From positions 179,822 to 243,821 of the forward strand of contig JBBCGO010000001.1 in the NCBI GenBank assembly GCA_037200925.1: a stretch of 64,000 bases of DNA, in the 5' to 3' direction. The notes beneath the pieces were generated by a model. The model saw only the letters and a program-made list of their open reading frames with translations, had not been told where the DNA came from and did not search any database. Each line of letters starts with the position of its first letter. Position 1 is the stretch's first letter. Made by a program: the position numbers and the translations under genes. The stretch comes from Candidatus Doudnabacteria bacterium. Its GTDB lineage: Bacteria; Patescibacteriota; Doudnabacteria; UBA920; O2-02-FULL-48-8. Of the stretch, positions 11,148 to 20,859 are shown piece after piece.

Positions 11148-11435
<288 letters not shown>

Positions 11436-11444
11436 TCAAATTAA

Positions 11445-12281
11445 TTAATGTGCATTCTCCGGCGCCAGAGTTTCTACGTTTGAGTCATGTCCGTGAAGCG
11501 GGGCTGTGGCCATGGTCAGATAAACCAAGGTCAGCATCGCAAACACTGTGGCTTGGACCAACCCGACCAACAGCTCCAGAAACATAAACGGCAGCGGCAC
11601 GAGGAAAGCGATCAGGCTTGCCAGCACGGTCAACAGGACCTCGCCGGCAAAGACGTTGCCGAATAAACGCAAAGAGAGCGACACGACTTTTGCGACTTCG
11701 GAGAAGATCTCGATCAGGCCAACCGCGAATTCAATGAAAGCGACCATGATGCTGATGCCGCCTTTACTGAAAGATTTTACGATATCGCCAAGTTTGATAA
11801 ATTTATTTGCGTAACGGAAAAACCCGATCGCCATGATCCCGAGAATGTGGGATGCGGCCACCGCAAATACCGCCATAGCCAGCGTCATGTTCAGGTCAGT
11901 GTTTGCCGGCCGGAACAAGGGCACTAATTCCATATGGCCCTCAACCAGCAAATGGCGGCCGATGGAACCCGTACCCGGAACCAAACCGATCCAGTTGGAA
12001 AACAGGATAAATAAAAATAATCCGCCCACGATGGGCAAGAATTTCAATGATTTTTTTCGGTCTTTCGTCACGCCATCCACATAGCCCAGGATAAATTCCA
12101 GGATCCCTTCAGCCACATTCTGTATGCCTCTGGGAATGAGCGCTGTTTTATTGCGGAGGATCAATCCCATGATGAAGAAAAAGACCACAGCCAAACACGA
12201 ATTGATATACGTGTTAGTGACCGCGAAATTCCCGAGGTGAAAAATTGGTTCCGCGACTAGCGGCGGCAAAGCAAACATCAT
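11445..12281 (-). CDS. atpB: Fo ATP synthase subunit a
   Basis: 278 aa polytopic protein; conserved Arg in LSLRLFGN. Confidence 0.85.
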   Translation of the reverse strand: MMFALPPLVAEPIFHLGNFAVTNTYINSCLAVVFFFIMGLILRNKTALIPRGIQNVAEGILEFILGYVDGVTKDRKKSLKFLPIVGGLFLFILFSNWIGLVPGTGSIGRHLLVEGHMELVPLFRPANTDLNMTLAMAVFAVAASHILGIMAIGFFRYANKFIKLGDIVKSFSKGGISIMVAFIEFAVGLIEIFSEVAKVVSLSLRLFGNVFAGEVLLTVLASLIAFLVPLPFMFLELLVGLVQATVFAMLTLVYLTMATAPLHGHDSNVETLAPENAH

Positions 12282-12514
12282 TTGATCAAGTCTTTAATTT
12301 TTCTGGTCAGCCAGATCGTGGTTGAAGTAATGGCTAGAAGTATTCCTAAAAGCGTAAACCAAGGCGTGGAATTATGCATTCTCGCATCCAGCCATTTGCC
12401 GCCAAGCGCAAATACGAGTAAAGGCAAGGCAATAATAAAGCCCATTTCAGTAGCTAAGCTCACCAATGCCCACTTGTTGGGTGTGTTATCAGGTTTAGGC
12501 TTTAAATCTGGCAT
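12278..12514 (-). CDS. AtpI/AtpZ-like small membrane protein at head of atp operon
   Basis: 78 aa, two TM helices, 4-nt overlap with atpB start; position typical of atpI/atpZ. Confidence 0.55.
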   Translation of the reverse strand: MPDLKPKPDNTPNKWALVSLATEMGFIIALPLLVFALGGKWLDARMHNSTPWFTLLGILLAITSTTIWLTRKIKDLIK

Positions 12515-12594
12515 GTCATTTTAAAGAAGCGCGTATACTTTAACAAAAAAAGCCACATTTGGCAAGCCGGGGGAAAAATAGGGGTCTTGACTTT

Positions 12595-12999
12595 TTACAT
12601 CACTCTTCCGGGTCCGTTATCGTTTCCTTCATCATCAGAGTCATTCTCGACATCTTCAGTTGTTTTCTTATCACCATGCAGGCCGGTTCCGCCATGAGCA
12701 TGTTTGCCGCCGGTGGTGGCATAATCCTCAATGACCTTGCAGGCATTGTCAAAAAGATTAGCATCAAAAACGCCGTATTTATCCGCCAACTCTTTTGAAA
12801 GATCAGAGATATTAACTTCGCCTTTTTCCAAAAGTCTTTTAATGATCTCAATTTTGTAAATAGCGTCAAATTGGGCTTCCGGCGCCTTAAATCTGTCCAA
12901 TCGTCCCATATACTCCTCAAGCTTGCGCGCTATAACTTCCCGGTCTTCTGTTATTCTTATTATTGGCGGCTGTTCTAAACTGCTTTCTGGATTTTTCAT
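12595..12999 (-). CDS. Hypothetical protein (134 aa)
   Basis: ORF 12595..13095, but its first 32 codons are the tRNA-Thr gene (AGVAQLVEQ tRNA-translation artefact). Start reassigned to MKNPESS at 12999. Acidic C-terminus; no family recognised. Confidence 0.45.
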   Translation of the reverse strand: MKNPESSLEQPPIIRITEDREVIARKLEEYMGRLDRFKAPEAQFDAIYKIEIIKRLLEKGEVNISDLSKELADKYGVFDANLFDNACKVIEDYATTGGKHAHGGTGLHGDKKTTEDVENDSDDEGNDNGPGRVM

Positions 13000-13013
13000 G
13001 TTTTTGGTAATTC

Positions 13014-13090
13014 TGGAGCCGGCGGACAGGATCGAACTGTCGACCTCTGCTTTACGAAAGCATTGCTCTACCAACTGAGCTACGCCGGCC
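13014..13090 (-). tRNA. tRNA-Thr (CGT)
   Basis: Minus-strand GCCGGCGTAGCTCAGTTGGTAGAGCA-ATGCT-TTCGTAA-AGCAG...GGTCGACAGTTCGATCCTGTCCGCCGGC-T-CCA. Confidence 0.8.
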
Positions 13091-13118
13091 AACAACTAAT
13101 TATATTTTATATCTGGAC

Positions 13119-13535
13119 TTAATTCAAGATTTTAAAGTACCTTTCAAGTGTTTCAAAATAAGCGGCGGGATTCCTATTCATTTGTGTAAAATTATCCTTA
13201 TTTACCCATTGGTATTCTTCGTGCTCTTCACTTAATTGTACTTCGCCGGAAAGGTACTTACATTTGTATCCAACCAGATAAATCTGCTGGCCTGGCCTTT
13301 TTTTATGGTCAGCTGGATATTCAAATAGCCAAGTAGCAAACGGTGACCCGACTTCAATCTCCAAACCCGTTTCTTCTCTAACCTCTCTCTTTAGAGATTC
13401 AACAAAATCCTTCTCACCCTCCTGCACTTTGCCGCCAGGAAAATCCAATCCCACAGGAGTGATCAAAATCAGCACCTCGCCATTTTTTTCAATAAAAGCT
13501 TTTTGTCCTACGAAAAATAATTTATCTTCTGGCAT
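13119..13535 (-). CDS. NUDIX hydrolase
   Basis: Nudix box GGKVQEGEKDFVESLKREVREETGLEI. Start set to MPEDK at 13535; the track's longer N-terminus runs through a GC-rich tRNA-derived segment and is Arg-rich. Confidence 0.8.
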   Translation of the reverse strand: MPEDKLFFVGQKAFIEKNGEVLILITPVGLDFPGGKVQEGEKDFVESLKREVREETGLEIEVGSPFATWLFEYPADHKKRPGQQIYLVGYKCKYLSGEVQLSEEHEEYQWVNKDNFTQMNRNPAAYFETLERYFKILN

Positions 13536-13540
13536 ATTTA

Positions 13541-13560
13541 TGGAGCGGGATACGGGAATC
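13541..13560. repeat. 20-bp duplicate of the tRNA-Gly 3' end (att-like direct repeat)
   Basis: tggagcgggatacgggaatc is identical to 13697..13716 (CCA, discriminator, acceptor 3' strand and T-arm 3' half of tRNA-Gly). The intervening 136 bp is ~62% GC. Confidence 0.7.
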
Positions 13561-13696
13561 TCAGGCTCGCGCTTACGCGCTCGCGTCCGGGGCAGCGCCG
13601 GAAGCTGCGTTCCTCGCTCCCGTCGGCGTTCGCCATGCACTTATGTGCCGGCTCACTGCTGCCCGTTCGATTCCGATTGTTACTTAGTGAATTCTC

Positions 13697-13770
13697 TGGA
13701 GCGGGATACGGGAATCGAACCCGTGTCTAAACCTTGGGAAGGTCTCATACTACCATTGTACTAATCCCGC
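13697..13770 (-). tRNA. tRNA-Gly (CCC)
   Basis: GCGGGAT...anticodon stem AGACC/GGTTT with loop TTCCCAA...GGGTTCGATTCCCGT-ATCCCGC-T-CCA; U73 discriminator typical of Gly. Confidence 0.75.
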
Positions 13771-13898
13771 TCGTCGCAGTTAGTAGACGCTCCATCCCGA
13801 TTCTGATCGGGACTACGGTCTACACACTGCTCCTCTCGAAAAAATTGTTCTCGACCCTGCGGGTCTGCGACTCAATTTTTTCGTGTTAATATTATATT

Positions 13899-14738
13899 CT
13901 ATTTTATATGCCAGACCCAAAACCCTTTTAGCTTCGGGTTTAGCCAGTTGTCAAATCCCTTGGTTTCAACGAAAATATGTTTGACATGCCAGTTTTTCAC
14001 TCCGTTTATATCCGCTGATTCAACAGGATAAATAATATGATAACCAAGCCTGCTGACCACTATATTGGGATCAACCTGACCCAGGCTGGCATTCATCACC
14101 GCTTTTTCCAATTCCGGCAGCAGCTGGCCTCGGCTTACAAACCCCAGATCGCCTCCCAACTGGCCTGTGACCTTGTCATCGCTTTCGGTTTTTGCCAGCT
14201 GGTCGAAAGACTGGCCGTTTTTGATCTGCGTTAAAATACTCGCCGCTTTGGCATAAGCATCAGCATTGGCGGTAAAATCGGAGTTATATTTCATCCGCAG
14301 CAACGCATCGTATACTTCCGGCTTAACTACAAATTGCGTAAACAAATTCTCGTTTGAATTGAAATCTTTTTCAAGCAAATTTTTGTATTGCTGCTCTTTA
14401 CCCGTTTTGTAAAAGTTCAATTCATCATTTTGGTTCGGGCTGCTATAAGAAACTTTCAGACTATCAAGTAACAGGCTTTCTTCTTTAACTTTTACTAGCT
14501 GGTCTGAAACTTTTTGCGCACTGGCATTTGTGTCCAATCTTTGGGCAATAATATGGGCTTGATCCCAGTAAGCAACGGAGATCTGGCCGCTGCCTATGAT
14601 AACTTGCGGATAGAGGTTTTTGAATAAAACCGAGACCGGATCGGAAAAATTGGTTCCATACGCCAAGAGCAGGGAAAGCAAAACCGCAGCAATTGCAACT
14701 GCGACCGGGTAGTGGATTTTTAAACGTTTTTTCTTCAT
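13899..14738 (-). CDS. PpiC-type (parvulin) peptidyl-prolyl cis-trans isomerase, membrane-anchored SurA/PrsA-like
   Basis: N-terminal TM; TGQLGGDLGFVSRGQLLPELEKAV...LGYHII parvulin motifs. Confidence 0.75.
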   Translation of the reverse strand: MKKKRLKIHYPVAVAIAAVLLSLLLAYGTNFSDPVSVLFKNLYPQVIIGSGQISVAYWDQAHIIAQRLDTNASAQKVSDQLVKVKEESLLLDSLKVSYSSPNQNDELNFYKTGKEQQYKNLLEKDFNSNENLFTQFVVKPEVYDALLRMKYNSDFTANADAYAKAASILTQIKNGQSFDQLAKTESDDKVTGQLGGDLGFVSRGQLLPELEKAVMNASLGQVDPNIVVSRLGYHIIYPVESADINGVKNWHVKHIFVETKGFDNWLNPKLKGFWVWHIK

Positions 14739-15112
14739 CGCCCGGACGTCTGGCTGAAAAAATAATTAAACCATTTTTTATAATTAGAGCCGCTGCCGGT
14801 CTTGGTTTGAGTGCTTGGATTTGTTTCATCTTGCTGAGGCAAACCGACCACATATTCGCCGTTTTTTTGCAGGCTCAATTTTTCCCGCGCGGCTTTTTCC
14901 TCATAATCCTGCGAACCGTAATATTGGATAAGAGAGCTCAACTGCTGGTTATCCTGTTTGATCTTTTGGACCTGATTTTCCAGCTTGGCGGTTTCTTTAT
15001 CCACTTGGTATTTCTGGATCAGGATTTTCGCCGCGAACACCATTACAAGCAACAGAACAATGCTCATGCCCCAGGTGGTCAGCCGCGATTTGAAAAAACC
15101 GTTCCAACTCAT
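14735..15112 (-). CDS. ftsB: Septum formation initiator (FtsB/DivIC family)
   Basis: 125 aa; N-terminal TM plus coiled coil (KLENQVQKIKQDNQQLSSLIQYYGSQDYEEKAAREKL). Confidence 0.7.
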   Translation of the reverse strand: MSWNGFFKSRLTTWGMSIVLLLVMVFAAKILIQKYQVDKETAKLENQVQKIKQDNQQLSSLIQYYGSQDYEEKAAREKLSLQKNGEYVVGLPQQDETNPSTQTKTGSGSNYKKWFNYFFSQTSGR

Positions 15113-15208
15113 GAGAAAAACGGGATTAATGTGAACAAGATCATGGCCAGGATCATGAATACTGCAAATATTATTATTACTTTTTGGAATTTTTTTCGAT
15201 TGAGCACG

Positions 15209-16981
15209 TTATTTTTTTAGAATGGCCAAAAATGCTTCTTGCGGGATGTCGACCTGGCCGATGCGCTTCAGGCGCTTTTTACCTTTTTTCTGCTTTTCCA
15301 AATGCTTCATTTTGCGCGTTACGTCCCCGCCATACAAACCCTTGGTCACATCCTTGCGCATGGCCGGGATCGTCTCACGGGCTATGATCTTACCGCCGAT
15401 CGCGGCCTGAACGGCAATTTCGAACTGCTGGCGGGGAATCAGGCTTTTTAATTTTTCGGCCAATGACCTTCCCTCACTTTCCGCTATGTCCCGATGAACT
15501 AGCATGGACAATGCATCGACTTTTTCGCCGGCCACCAAAATATCCAGCTTCACCAGATCTCCGATCCTATAGTCAAGCAACTCGTAATTCAGCGAGGCAT
15601 AACCTGAAGATACGCTCTTCAGCTTATCATAGAAATCTATGATGATGTTGGCAAGCGGCATTTCCGCTGTGATCAAAACCCGCTCATTGCTCAGATATTC
15701 CATATTCTTATAAATGCCGCGCCGGCCGGTGATCAAATCCAGGATGCCGCCGATATACTTTTGTGGCGCCAATATTTCTATATCGACCCAGGGCTCCTCA
15801 ATGCTTTCAAACAAAGACGGGTCAGGCAATTCGGCCGGCGTGTGGATGATCTTTGATCTGTGATTTTTCAGATTGATCTTGTATTCAACCGATGGCGCGG
15901 TCAAAACCAGATCCAAACCGTACTCGCGCGTTAATCTCTCCTGCACAATGTCCATATGCAAAAGCCCCAGAAAACCCGTGCGGAAGCCAAAGCCCAAAGC
16001 CGGGATATTTTCCGGTTCAAATTCCAACGCCGCGTCATTGAGTTTCAGCTTATCTATGGCATCGCGCAGCAGCGGATAATCATCGCCTGCAGTCGGAAAG
16101 ATAGACGCATAGACCATGGGTTTGATCTGCTTGTATCCCGGTAGCGGTTCAACTTTTGCCCCGGCAGTTGAGATAGTATCGCCAACGCGGGCTTTTCTGA
16201 CATCGCGAAGACCTGTGACAATATAGCCGACCTCGCCTGTGTTCAATTCTTTTGACGGAAAATATTTCGGATGGAAAAATCCGACTTCCAAAGCCTCTGC
16301 CGTGGTTTTGGTTCCGAAAGTTTGGATCTTCTCATTTTTTATTAATTTGCCGTCGACCACGCGCACAAATGTCACCACGCCGCGGTGCTGATCGTAAGTG
16401 GAATCAAAGATCAAAGCGCGCAAGGGCTTATCAGGATTTCCCGTCGGAGCGGGAACTTTGGCAATAACCGCTTCCAGAATCTTTTCCACTCCCTCGCCGG
16501 TTTTGCCCGAGGCATACAAAATTTCTTCATCCGTGAAGCCGAACGCTTTTTTGATCTCCTCCGCGGTTTTTTCACGGTCAGAATTCGGCAGATCAATTTT
16601 ATTTACCACCGGAATGATTTTCAAATTATGGGCCTGGGCCAAATGAATGTTGGCCAAAGTCTGCGCTTCAATTCCTTGAGTAGAATCAACCACCAAAATC
16701 GCGCCTTCACACGCTGCTAAGGAGCGGGAAACCTCGTACGTAAAATCCACGTGCCCTGGAGTATCAATCAGATTCAGAATATAACCCTTCCATTCCATGC
16801 GTACCGGCTGCAACTTGATGGTGATTCCCCGCTCGCGCTCCAGATCCATGGTATCCAGCAGCTGCTCTTTCATGTTCCGTTTTTCTACAGTTGAAGTAAA
16901 TTCCAAGAACCGGTCAGCCAATGTGGACTTGCCGTGGTCTATGTGCGCGATGATACAAAAATTGCGGATCTTGTCTTGCAT
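15209..16981 (-). CDS. lepA: Elongation factor 4 (LepA)
   Basis: IRNFCIIAHIDHGKSTLADR G-domain and LepA-specific C-terminus. Start taken at MQDKIRNF, not the upstream M of the 599-aa ORF. Confidence 0.95.
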   Translation of the reverse strand: MQDKIRNFCIIAHIDHGKSTLADRFLEFTSTVEKRNMKEQLLDTMDLERERGITIKLQPVRMEWKGYILNLIDTPGHVDFTYEVSRSLAACEGAILVVDSTQGIEAQTLANIHLAQAHNLKIIPVVNKIDLPNSDREKTAEEIKKAFGFTDEEILYASGKTGEGVEKILEAVIAKVPAPTGNPDKPLRALIFDSTYDQHRGVVTFVRVVDGKLIKNEKIQTFGTKTTAEALEVGFFHPKYFPSKELNTGEVGYIVTGLRDVRKARVGDTISTAGAKVEPLPGYKQIKPMVYASIFPTAGDDYPLLRDAIDKLKLNDAALEFEPENIPALGFGFRTGFLGLLHMDIVQERLTREYGLDLVLTAPSVEYKINLKNHRSKIIHTPAELPDPSLFESIEEPWVDIEILAPQKYIGGILDLITGRRGIYKNMEYLSNERVLITAEMPLANIIIDFYDKLKSVSSGYASLNYELLDYRIGDLVKLDILVAGEKVDALSMLVHRDIAESEGRSLAEKLKSLIPRQQFEIAVQAAIGGKIIARETIPAMRKDVTKGLYGGDVTRKMKHLEKQKKGKKRLKRIGQVDIPQEAFLAILKK

Positions 16982-17141
16982 GTTCCTTTTTAATGAATAG
17001 TGAGGCACTTTGCAAAATTAGCCTTCGCTTCCTTTTCCCCTTCAGCGAGGGCGACGCTTTGCAAAAGAATTGCGAGGCCTTTCAATGGCCGAGCACTTAG
17101 TCCGTATAAACGGACGTCTTTTCAAAGCGGTGCCCGAGCGC

Positions 17142-18755
17142 CTAGCTCCACCAGTTCCAAATTATATTGATCGGACGGCCGATCTTGTTTCCGGTCGTTC
17201 TAAGAAGTTTAACCAAATCATGGGTTTCTGCCAAGCCTTCGAGCCAGCCAATCCCCAAGTATGCCCCGGCGCCAATCAGGCCTGCACTGACTCCCTGTAT
17301 CAGCACGCCCCAATAGGTATGCATATTCACCAGAGGAGCTATCATATACAAAGAAACATAAGCCACTGCTCCGCCGATCAGGGACGCAATAATGATCTTC
17401 ATACAATTCTCGATCAGATATTCGTCGTGGATATTGCCCAAGCGGCGGTGCAGTTCCATGATCAGAAGCGCAAGATTGATGATGTTGGTCACCGAATAGG
17501 CCAGAGCCATGCCCGCGATACCCAGCCTGCCGACCAGATAATAAGTTACCAGAACATTTGATGCGATAGTGATAAACCCGATGACCACGGGAGTGACGGT
17601 ATTGTGCATGGCATAGAACGCCCGGGTGAACAAAGGGACCAGAGCCTGGGCAAAAAGCGAAATGCAAAACAATCCCAAAGATTCGGCCACGAGTCTGGTG
17701 TCGTCAAAAGTAAAGTGCGTGCCGGCGCCGATGCCCAAAACCAAGCGGACCACCTGGGCGCGCAGAACCAGCAGCAGGACGGACAACGGGATCATAAAAA
17801 ATAAGATCTGGACCGTGGTTTTAGCAAAGACATCCTTGAACGAGGCGTTGTCTTTTGTGTTGAACAGATCCGAAAGCAAAGGAAACACGGCAATTGCAAA
17901 CGGGATGGCAAAAACTCCAAGAAAAACAGCTTGCAGATTATTGGCATAATAAAACGCGGCAAGGGCGCCGGTGCCCAGAAATGAGCCGAATATCGTGACG
18001 ATCAAAGCGCTGATCGGCTCCGTGCCCATGGAAAATATCCGCGGCCAGTAAAGTTTCCAGAACTTGATGAACCCGGCATCGTGTCCGTTGATCCCGAAAG
18101 AGAACTTGAACCCTAGGCGGAAGATCTGAGGCACCTGGATCACAAACATGATCAAAGCTCCCAATACCACTCCCCAGCCTAAACCCGCAGGCCCAAAACG
18201 CGGATACAGGAACAACGCGCCAAAAATGATCGAAACATTATAAAACAAAGGAGCTGCGGCCATCAGGGCAAAGCGCTTATAAGTATTAAGCATGCTGGAA
18301 ACGATGGAAGACAGGGTCAAAAACAAAGGCGACAGCAGAAAAATTTTGGTAAAGAGCTTGGTCAGCTCAAAATCCGCACCCTTAAATCCGGGGGCGATCA
18401 GATGCACCAGCGGATTGATAAAAATATAAGCGACCGCGGTTAGGGCCAGCATCATCAGGATAGTGGTGTTTATGATGCTGGAAGCGATCTCGTCCGCTCT
18501 TTTCTTGTCCTGCAGAAGGTATTCGGAAAAAATCGGAATGAAAGCCACGGAAAAAGTTCCCAGAACCAGCAAATTATAAATAAAATCCGGGATGCGAAAC
18601 GCTGCAAAATAGACCCCGATGATCCTCCCTAAGGCGAACTGGTGGGCAAACACCGCGTCGCGGACAAAACCCATGATCTTCGTTAAAAGTGAAAACACCG
18701 CGATGATCACGGTGGCGGTTCCTATCTTATTGTCTTGCAGGGATTTAATATTCAA
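17142..18755 (-). CDS. murJ: Lipid II flippase MurJ (MviN)
   Basis: 537 aa, ~14 TM; N-terminal MGFVRDAVFAHQFALG...AFRIPDFIYNLLVLG signature. Confidence 0.9.
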   Translation of the reverse strand: MNIKSLQDNKIGTATVIIAVFSLLTKIMGFVRDAVFAHQFALGRIIGVYFAAFRIPDFIYNLLVLGTFSVAFIPIFSEYLLQDKKRADEIASSIINTTILMMLALTAVAYIFINPLVHLIAPGFKGADFELTKLFTKIFLLSPLFLTLSSIVSSMLNTYKRFALMAAAPLFYNVSIIFGALFLYPRFGPAGLGWGVVLGALIMFVIQVPQIFRLGFKFSFGINGHDAGFIKFWKLYWPRIFSMGTEPISALIVTIFGSFLGTGALAAFYYANNLQAVFLGVFAIPFAIAVFPLLSDLFNTKDNASFKDVFAKTTVQILFFMIPLSVLLLVLRAQVVRLVLGIGAGTHFTFDDTRLVAESLGLFCISLFAQALVPLFTRAFYAMHNTVTPVVIGFITIASNVLVTYYLVGRLGIAGMALAYSVTNIINLALLIMELHRRLGNIHDEYLIENCMKIIIASLIGGAVAYVSLYMIAPLVNMHTYWGVLIQGVSAGLIGAGAYLGIGWLEGLAETHDLVKLLRTTGNKIGRPINIIWNWWS

Positions 18756-18765
18756 GTGGATTCAT

Positions 18766-20856
18766 TCATTTAGTTATGACAAGCGGCCAAAAATCATCGG
18801 TGTTGGTCGCGGATTGAAAATTTATATTACTGCCTGAAGACTGAACTCCGGGCCCCAGCCATTTCGTCTGAAATTGGCCTAAGGATATACTCCCGGTGAA
18901 GCTGTAAGGCTTTGATCCTGATTGTTTTTGAACCAGCAGACTGTAAGACTGGGCATTGCTCAAAGCATCAGCGTTAATTTTAAACGGGAGCATATACGTC
19001 AGCGTGATGCTGCGCTCTTCCCCGGGGTCCGTGGCCAGCCAGCCTGCAAATTCCGTTTTTCCGGCTTCGGTCCTGACATAAACATTGGAATGCATTTCCC
19101 CGACGTCCCAAGCTGCCAGGTCAGGATCCGTGCGCATGCCCTTCGCAGTAGAGTCAAAATACTGGTAATCGTCAAAGCCCTGCGCTGAAACAAATTGGCT
19201 TCCCCTTGGCACCAGCACGCGCAAATAATCTTTGTTGCTGGCGTCCGCAGAGTTTTTCCGGTCAATTGTCAGAGTATTGATGATCGACCCGTCTGACAAG
19301 ATCTTGCTTTTCAGGTCAACGTTCTGATCCATGCTCAGATCGGTTTTAGTTCCGCCCAAATTGGAATTATTTACGGACAAATAATCGTAGTCCGTGGCCA
19401 GGACCTGACCGCCGAACCCCAGATCCTCGATCTGTTTTTCGGTAGCCTGATCTTTGGTATACAGGAGAACATTTCTTTGCCGCAAATTATCTTCAAAGAT
19501 CTGCAGGATCTGGATCCACTGGTCTTTGTTCATGCCCATCAACCGGTCCAAAAGTTGCGGGGCCGCGTCAGCCAGGAACTTTTTCGGCTGGTTCAAGATT
19601 TTATCATAGTCAACGGAAGTTTTAAACTGCACCAGCTGCTGAAAATTATCCGCGGTGAGCGCAACTCCGTAAGATGGCATATCGATAGGTCCGGTGAGCC
19701 TCAAGATGTCTTCAAACATTTTCGGCGTGGCCGTGATCACGCCATCGGCAGTTTCTCCGCCTTTTTCAAAAAAATACAGAAGTTTTTGGGCTGAAGTCGG
19801 AAAGTCGGCAAACCAGTTAGCGTCGCGGGTTCCCCAGCGCTTGATCAGCGGCTGCATGGGCCCCGGAGCCGCTATCTGCTCGTAGATCTGACCGTCGAGC
19901 TGGTAAATACTTTCGATCTTAAGTTTGGTGATCGCCCCGTTATCCGTTCCCAAAACCCCATAAGTCCCGATAAACCCGCCGGTGGCCCTTTCCTCATCGT
20001 AATTTTGGAAGATCAACAGGTAGGTTTTTTGCTTGCTGAATAAACCCAAGTACAGATCCTCCAGACCGATGAGCTTGTCCAGGATCGAATTAAGGTCCGA
20101 GACCTGCTGTTTGGCAGCCTCCAGCGTTCCCGAATAATCCTGAGGAACACTCCCGGCCTGATTAAATTGCCCGGAAGCGGAAACGACCAGATCGCGGCTG
20201 GCACTCAGCAGCTCACGGTTGGTTTTTATCTTATCGTTAAAATTCGCTGTTTCCACCCCTTTGCTGGAAACCTTCAGCTCATCGAACAAATTCAGAGCAT
20301 CGCTTAATTTGTTTCCGGCATTCGCCAATAATCCGGCCCCAGCCAGAACATGGTTCGCGGAATCGGCTACAGGCGCAACCCAGCTCAAAGCGCGGAAATC
20401 GTTCAATTTTTCCTGCGCCAGATTTACGTTGCCGCTGGCCGCATCAAACAATTGCTGAGCCGCGGCGAAGTTTTGCGTGCTCAAATTCTGTTCCGCCGTA
20501 TGCAGGTCTGTGTATGCGGAAGTGGCCGCGCCCAAAATCTCGCCGGAAGCTTTTTTTGCCTGCGACAGATAAACCAGGCCCTGCAGAACACCGATCAAAA
20601 TAATCCCGGCAAGGGCAAAAGAACTTATTTGGAACATTTGCCGGCTGTAATTCTTCCATTCAAACCGCTGTTTGGCAGTGAAGATCTTCGGTTTTATCAA
20701 TGCAGCCGCGGCTGTTTTTTCTCTGGCCCGGCTGACGGCGTACATGAGTTCGGAACTCATAACTTCCCGCTTAATGACATTCCGAACTTTGGCGGCAGGC
20801 TTGGCCTTCCGCTTCATGGGCCCCATGTCAGTTTTAGAGAATCTTCTGGCGTTCAT
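18766..20856 (-). CDS. Large membrane-anchored extracytoplasmic protein, DUF4012-like
   Basis: 696 aa; basic cytoplasmic N-terminus, single TM, Gly-rich core NYDEERATGGFIGTYGVLGTDNG reminiscent of DUF4012. The family label is from memory, not a search. Confidence 0.5.
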   Translation of the reverse strand: MNARRFSKTDMGPMKRKAKPAAKVRNVIKREVMSSELMYAVSRAREKTAAAALIKPKIFTAKQRFEWKNYSRQMFQISSFALAGIILIGVLQGLVYLSQAKKASGEILGAATSAYTDLHTAEQNLSTQNFAAAQQLFDAASGNVNLAQEKLNDFRALSWVAPVADSANHVLAGAGLLANAGNKLSDALNLFDELKVSSKGVETANFNDKIKTNRELLSASRDLVVSASGQFNQAGSVPQDYSGTLEAAKQQVSDLNSILDKLIGLEDLYLGLFSKQKTYLLIFQNYDEERATGGFIGTYGVLGTDNGAITKLKIESIYQLDGQIYEQIAAPGPMQPLIKRWGTRDANWFADFPTSAQKLLYFFEKGGETADGVITATPKMFEDILRLTGPIDMPSYGVALTADNFQQLVQFKTSVDYDKILNQPKKFLADAAPQLLDRLMGMNKDQWIQILQIFEDNLRQRNVLLYTKDQATEKQIEDLGFGGQVLATDYDYLSVNNSNLGGTKTDLSMDQNVDLKSKILSDGSIINTLTIDRKNSADASNKDYLRVLVPRGSQFVSAQGFDDYQYFDSTAKGMRTDPDLAAWDVGEMHSNVYVRTEAGKTEFAGWLATDPGEERSITLTYMLPFKINADALSNAQSYSLLVQKQSGSKPYSFTGSISLGQFQTKWLGPGVQSSGSNINFQSATNTDDFWPLVITK

Positions 20857-20859
20857 GAT

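Noticed and set aside
12999-13095. N-terminal extension MLAGVAQLVEQ... of ORF 12595..13095
   Set aside because: This is the characteristic translation of a tRNA gene (tRNA-Thr on the same strand). The real CDS starts downstream at 12999.
13536-13640. N-terminal extension of the NUDIX ORF (MHGERRRERG...)
   Set aside because: Arg-rich translation of the GC-rich tRNA-derived segment. The internal MPEDK start fits Nudix family length.
17070-17561. 163-aa plus-strand ORF
   Set aside because: Antisense to murJ across most of its length; no SD.
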